Shown piece by piece: positions 29,461 to 34,208 of a stretch of DNA of 34,208 bases. The notes under the pieces are model-generated. The model was not told the DNA's origin. It ran no database searches and saw only the letters and a list, made by a program, of their open reading frames with translations. The stretch comes from Cyanophora paradoxa CCMP329 (lineage: Eukaryota; Plantae; Glaucophyta). Within the stretch, counting starts at the first letter, position 1, and each line of letters starts with the position of its first letter. The position numbers were made by a program, and so were the translations under genes. The stretch covers positions 1 to 34,208 of the forward strand of contig QPMI01000030.1 of NCBI GenBank assembly GCA_004431415.1, written 5' to 3'.

Positions 29461-31833
29461 ATGTCTCTCGCGGCCTTCCTGGCCCACGCCCGGAAGCAGG
29501 GTCTCATCGGCGAAAACGCCGCGCCGACCGTGGAGCCCGAGCCTTCCGTGAAGCTCGAACCGGAGCAAGAACCGCAGCCCGACGTGAGATCGCCTCTCGA
29601 GAGCGCATCCTCCAGGCTCAACGCCCTCGCACCGTCCTTTGTGCCCACCGTGCGCTCCTTCGCAGTCCCGCACTAGCCGTTTCAAGATCAAATCTGATCC
29701 CTTCAGCGCAGGTGAAGGGAGCGCCGGCCGAGAAGGCGGATGAGAGCGCGCCAGTGACCCAGTTCGGCCTGCGTGCGGCCGAGACGGCGGATGAGAGCGC
29801 GCCAGTGATTCAGTTCGGCCTGCGTGAAGTTGCAAGTGCGGGAAGCTGCTTTGTCGATTTCCGGCTGAAGGGCGCTCAACGTTGCACCGCAGAGATGCGC
29901 GAGGCGACGAAGCAGAAGCAGAGGGAGGCGGAAGATCTGAAACGGCAGCTGGCGGAGGCCGACAGAAAAATGCAAGAGCTGCAAGCGGCGCGGGAGAAGC
30001 AGATCGAGATGCGCGCGATGATGGAGGAACTGCTGCGGATTGAGGCCAAGTCGGCGGCGGAGAGGGAGCGAGGGGGCGGCTGCACGCGCGAGGTGCGCGT
30101 TCCCCTCTCCGCCTCGGGCGCGGCCGCCGCCGGCCCACAACTTGCCGCCGCAGAACGAGAAGACCCTCTACCTCGTCCCAGACACCAACGTGTTCATGGG
30201 GCCGGACGGCCCGCAGACGGGCGTCCCCGAGTTCGAGAAGTTCGCCCGCTTCGACAACGCGGTGGTCGTCGTTCCCTTCACAGGCGAGTCGGGAGCGCTC
30301 CTCGCCGCGGCCCCGCACTCCTGATCCGGCCGGCGGTCCGCGCAGTCCTCTCCGAGCTCGACGACCTCTCCAAGGGCGAGCACCGGCCGAACGCCGGCCC
30401 CAAGGCCAAGCAGGTGCGCCGAGGAGGCGACCCGGGAGCCGCGTGGATGCAAGGCTGAGCGGGCATGCGCAGAACTCGTTCAAGGCCCGCGAGGCGATCC
30501 GTTTCCTCGAGGGCTGCTTCCGCGGCGCCGCCGGCCGCACCTGGATCCGCGCGCAGCGGGGGCACGAGGCCGCGAGCCTCCCCTGGGGCCAGGTGCGCCC
30601 CGGGCCTTTCCACCTCCACCCACCCGGCGGCGAGGGGCCGAGCGGGGCGGGGGCGCCGGGGCGCAGCCGGCGAACAACGACGAGCGGATCCTGCAGTGCG
30701 TGCGCTACTTCAACGCGTTCGCCCCGCGGAGGGCCATCCTCGTCTCCGAGGACAAGGTCCGAGCCCACCAGCCGCTGCTCGCGGGCGGGGCCGGGCCTCG
30801 AGCTGACGAGCGGGGCGGGGCCAGAACCTGCGGGTGAAGGCGCAGGGCTTCGTCGGGGCGCAGGCGATGGGCCTGCGCGAGGCCGTCTACGGCGTCCACG
30901 GGCCCTTCTTCTTCGGCCTCGGCGGGGGCCCCGCCCCCGCGGCCCCGGCCCCGGCCCCGGCCGCGCCGCCGCCGCCGAGCTCCAGGGCCCGGGCGCCCGG
31001 GCCCCGCAGGCGTCCAAGGCGCAGGCCAAGGCGGGGCCGCCGCCGCCGCCGCCGCCGCCGCCGCAGCAGCAGCAGCAGCAGCAGCAGCAGGGGCCGGCGC
31101 CCGAGAAGCGACCGGCGCCGGCCGGTGGAAGGCAGCAGCAGCAGCAGCAGCAGCCGGGGCGAGGCGCGGGCGCCTCTCGCGGAGCCTGAGCCCGGCACCG
31201 GCGAGGACCTCGCCGGCCCGGCGCCGCCGCTCCAGCGCCTCCCCGGCGCGCAGGCGCCGGGATCGCCGCGCCCGCTCCCGCTCCCGCTCCCGCTCCCGCT
31301 CCCGCTCCCGCTCCCGCTCCCGCTCCCGCTCGGCCCGCCGGAGCCGCCGGGACCGGTACGGCCGGCGCAGGAACAGCAGCGCCGAATCGGAGAGCCGCAG
31401 CCGCAGCCGCAGCCGGGGCGGGGGCCGCCGCGGGCGGCGCCACCGCAAGCGAAGCAGCAGCCGCAGCTCAAGTCGGAGCTCCAGCCGGAGCCGGAGCCAC
31501 AGCACGCGGCGGCGGCACCGCCGGAGCCCGAGCAGCAGCAGCAGCGGCCGCAGCTCGAGCGGGAGCGAGCGGAGCCGGAGGCGCGGCAAGGGCCGCAGCA
31601 GGAAGGAGAAGAAATCGGGGAAGGAGAAGACGAAGGGGGGCGACTCGGGGCGCCGGCAGCACAAGAGCAAGGGCGGCAGGAAGGAGAAGGAGAGGGGCGG
31701 GCGCAAGCGCGACGGCGGCAAGGGCCGGCGGCGCCGCTCGGGCTCCTCCTCCTCGCCCTCCTCCTCGTCCTCCTCCTCCCCGTCGCCGGCCCCGCGGCGG
31801 ATGGAGGCCGCCCCGGCCCCGCCGAAGCCGTGA
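29461..31833 (+). CDS. PIN-domain protein (SWT1/SMG-like) with RS-rich low-complexity C-terminus, multi-exon
   Basis: YLVPDTNVFM, VVVVPFT/VLSELDDL, AREAIRFLE, NNDERILQC, ILVSEDK/NLRVKA supply the PIN acidic residues; (RS)n tract at ~31270-31330. Confidence 0.82.
29726..29827 (+). repeat. 51-bp tandem duplication in a PIN-gene exon
   Basis: GGCCGAGAmGGCGGATGAGAGCGCGCCAGTGAyyCAGTTCGGCCTGCGTG at 29726 and 29777. Confidence 0.85.
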
Positions 31834-32086
31834 GCGTCGCGGCAGCCCCAAACCGGGCCCGTCCCCGTGTCTTTTTCGGACGCCAAGTCCCTTTTTCGAG
31901 TGGCGCGCGGCCGGCTGGTAGAGGCCGGCGCGCCAAGGACAGACGCAGGCAGGAAAACTCAGACCAGGTCCAGGCAGGGGTAGGATATTGAGCAGGGTAG
32001 GTTCGGTGAGGTAGGAATTCGAACAAGAACCAAACAGCAGATTTAGAGCCGCGACGAGGAGGGGGGCCGGGGCGGGGCGGCTGCAG

Positions 32087-33936
32087 CTAGGAGACGCGCT
32101 CGGAGGCGTCGGGGGGGAAGGGGAGGAGGATCCAGTGGCGTCCCATGACCGCACGGATCTGCGCCCAGCACGCGCGCGCGTTGGCGATGGAGGGGGCGGG
32201 GGCGGGCGGGCGGACGTTAGAGCGGAAGCCGTGGTCGTGGGGGTTGGGGAGCGGCTGGCCCGTCCGCTCGTCCCGCTCGGGGCCCTTGAAGAACTGGGCG
32301 CGGGAGAGCATCACGCGACGCCAGGGAGCGCAGAGCGGAGGTGCGGGGCGGGGCGGGGCGGGGAGGGGAGGAGCGGGCCTCGATGGTGGTGCGGGCGGTG
32401 GAGACGAGGAAGAGGTGGAAGCCGATGAAGAGGAGGAGGGCGACCGCCAGGCACGTCGCCAGCACCACGGCGTACAGGATGTGCGTCGCCCTGCCCCCCG
32501 CCCTCCCATCAGACCGCCCGGCGATCGCGAGTTCGCTTGGATTAGCTTGATGGCGCGCACGCGGTGTCGCTGGCGGCCTGCGGGGGCGGGGGCGGGGGTC
32601 GGTGAGGGGGGTACGCTGGGGCAGGAGGAGGGGGGGTACGGTGCGGAGGGCCTGGACGAAGGCGCGGCGGACGGTGAAGGGCATGTAGATGCAGAGGCAC
32701 GCGAGGTAGAAGAGGAAGCTGGGGGCGGGCTCGGATTGGGAAAGGGGGTACAGTGTGGGCGGGGGAGGGGGTGCGGACAGCATGAAGAACCTGCGGAGTG
32801 GTGAGGAGTGTGGGCGGCGGCAAGGGGAGGGGTACGGCGCACTTATGGTTGTTCTCTCCGACGCAGTTGTTGATCCACTGCGCCGAAACGGTCGGGGGCA
32901 GGCAAAAACAAAGCGCAGGGCGCGCGGTGAACGACGGCAGCGCACGGGGCAGTGGTCTGGAGGGGCGAAGAAGGGGCGACGCGCCCCGACGTCAGGCCGC
33001 GGAGGCGGAGGCGCGCAAGAGCTTGATCAGAAAGAGAGTCTCACGGTCCATGCGAAGAACGCAGGTCTGCATGGGACCCAGGAGTGAGCGGCGCGCGGGG
33101 CCGAGCGGCGGGGGCCGCGGGGCGGGACAGGGCGGGGCGGGGCACCTTGCACGTGCGGCAGTGCTGAGGGGCGAGCGCGAGCGCGCGGAGCGTCAGCGCC
33201 GCGAGGCCGCGCCGAGTGGCGGGCGGTGGGGCACACGTGGGCGCGGGGCGGCTTGGGCCGGTTGCACTTCCTGCAGAAGCGCCCGCGGGCCGCCTCGACG
33301 TCCACCTTCTGCGCGGCGGCGGTGGTAAGCAGCGCGAGCTCCAGCGGGCGGCGGAGGGGGGCGGGCGCGCGTCGTCGGGGACGAAGCTGGTGGAGCGGAC
33401 GGCGGCGACGTAGGACCAGGCGAAGAGGCCGAGGATCGCGTGCCCCACCAGCAGCTTCGTCAGCAGCCACTCCATCTGCGAGCCGCGCCGAAGTCTGAGA
33501 CGTGCTCCCTCGAAAGCGAATCCAAATTCTTCGGCGCGCACCGACTCGCCCATGTCGGCGAGGCGGCCGATGGCGAGCCAGTACGCGAAGTAGCAGTACG
33601 AGACCAGGGAGACCATGAGGACCGCAAGCACTGCCGGCCGCGGAACGCGCCGGCGTCAGCGCGGGCAATGCCGAGCCGGGCGCGAGAGCACGCGCACCTC
33701 GTCCCGTGTATCTGCGAGCCGGCGAGCGAGAGTGGCCATGTCAGCCGCGCGCGGCGGGCCGGGCGGTGCGCTGCCGCGCTGCCGCCCGCGCGAGCTCGTA
33801 GGGCGCTGAGGCCGCGCGAATGCGATCGGCGGGGCACGCACTGGCTCTCCGACACGACGCTGAGCAGGATCAGCGGCCGGATCATGCACCAGTCGACGCA
33901 GTTTCGGAAGAGCCGAATGCATAGCGAGGGCTGCAT
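32087..33936 (-). CDS. DHHC-type protein S-palmitoyltransferase, multi-exon
   Basis: Spliced FCRKCNRPKPPRAH/HCRTCK/TCVLRMD/HHCP/WINNCVGENNHK, with flanking hydrophobic transmembrane segments and a TTIE motif. Confidence 0.92.
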
Positions 33937-34208
33937 CTCGCTAGCTCTCCGCCGCGGTCGCGGTGCAGCCGAGGCCGCGGGCCGCTCGCGCTCGCGCTCC
34001 GTTTCTGGCGGGTGGCAGATACACCGCGCCTGCGATTCGATACGACAGCAATCTGCCGCTTCTCTCGCGCGCGAGCCTCCCGCACGCCGGCCGCGAGGTC
34101 GTCTTTAACGCGTACCCTGGACCGCAGCCACCACTGGCCCACCAGTCGAAATGCGTGGCCCGTAGGCGCTCAGGCGCATAAGGGAGAGCTTGCTGAGCAC
34201 GCAAGCCC

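Noticed and set aside
19110-34204. Many long overlapping or antisense ORFs in the GC-rich half (e.g. 29320-31443 minus, 30705-31886 minus, 27906-29033 plus, 25643-26644 plus)
   Set aside because: Stop codons are rare at this GC content; these are shadows of spliced genes or of GGGGC/CAG/RS repeats and have no recognisable domains.

Overview
The window joins two very different kinds of DNA. Bases 1 to ~18,900 are AT-rich (roughly 35-40% GC by eye), intron-less and gene-dense, and read as the right-hand part of an endogenous Polinton-like virus (PLV)/virophage-class dsDNA virus. Once single-base frameshifts are re-joined by hand, this part carries an AEP primase-SF3 helicase, an A32-like packaging ATPase, a probable double-jelly-roll major capsid protein and two head-to-head penton-like genes. 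It also carries a patatin phospholipase fused to a discoidin domain, a ~7.4 kb phage-like fibre/adhesin cluster, a Zn-ribbon protein and a pyruvoyl-type SAM decarboxylase. It ends in ~1 kb of repeat-rich non-coding DNA and a perfect 29-bp-arm hairpin. No integrase, pPolB or protease is visible, and the left end lies outside the window. Bases ~18,900-34,208 are very GC-rich eukaryotic nuclear DNA with short introns, most likely from the glaucophyte Cyanophora paradoxa (judged from the GBSS sequence as I recall it and a Phe-type transit peptide). This part holds a retroelement-like remnant, granule-bound starch synthase, a plastid-targeted HAD hydrolase, an unknown coiled-coil gene, a PIN/RS protein and a DHHC palmitoyltransferase. 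All family calls come from motif recognition; no database search was run.
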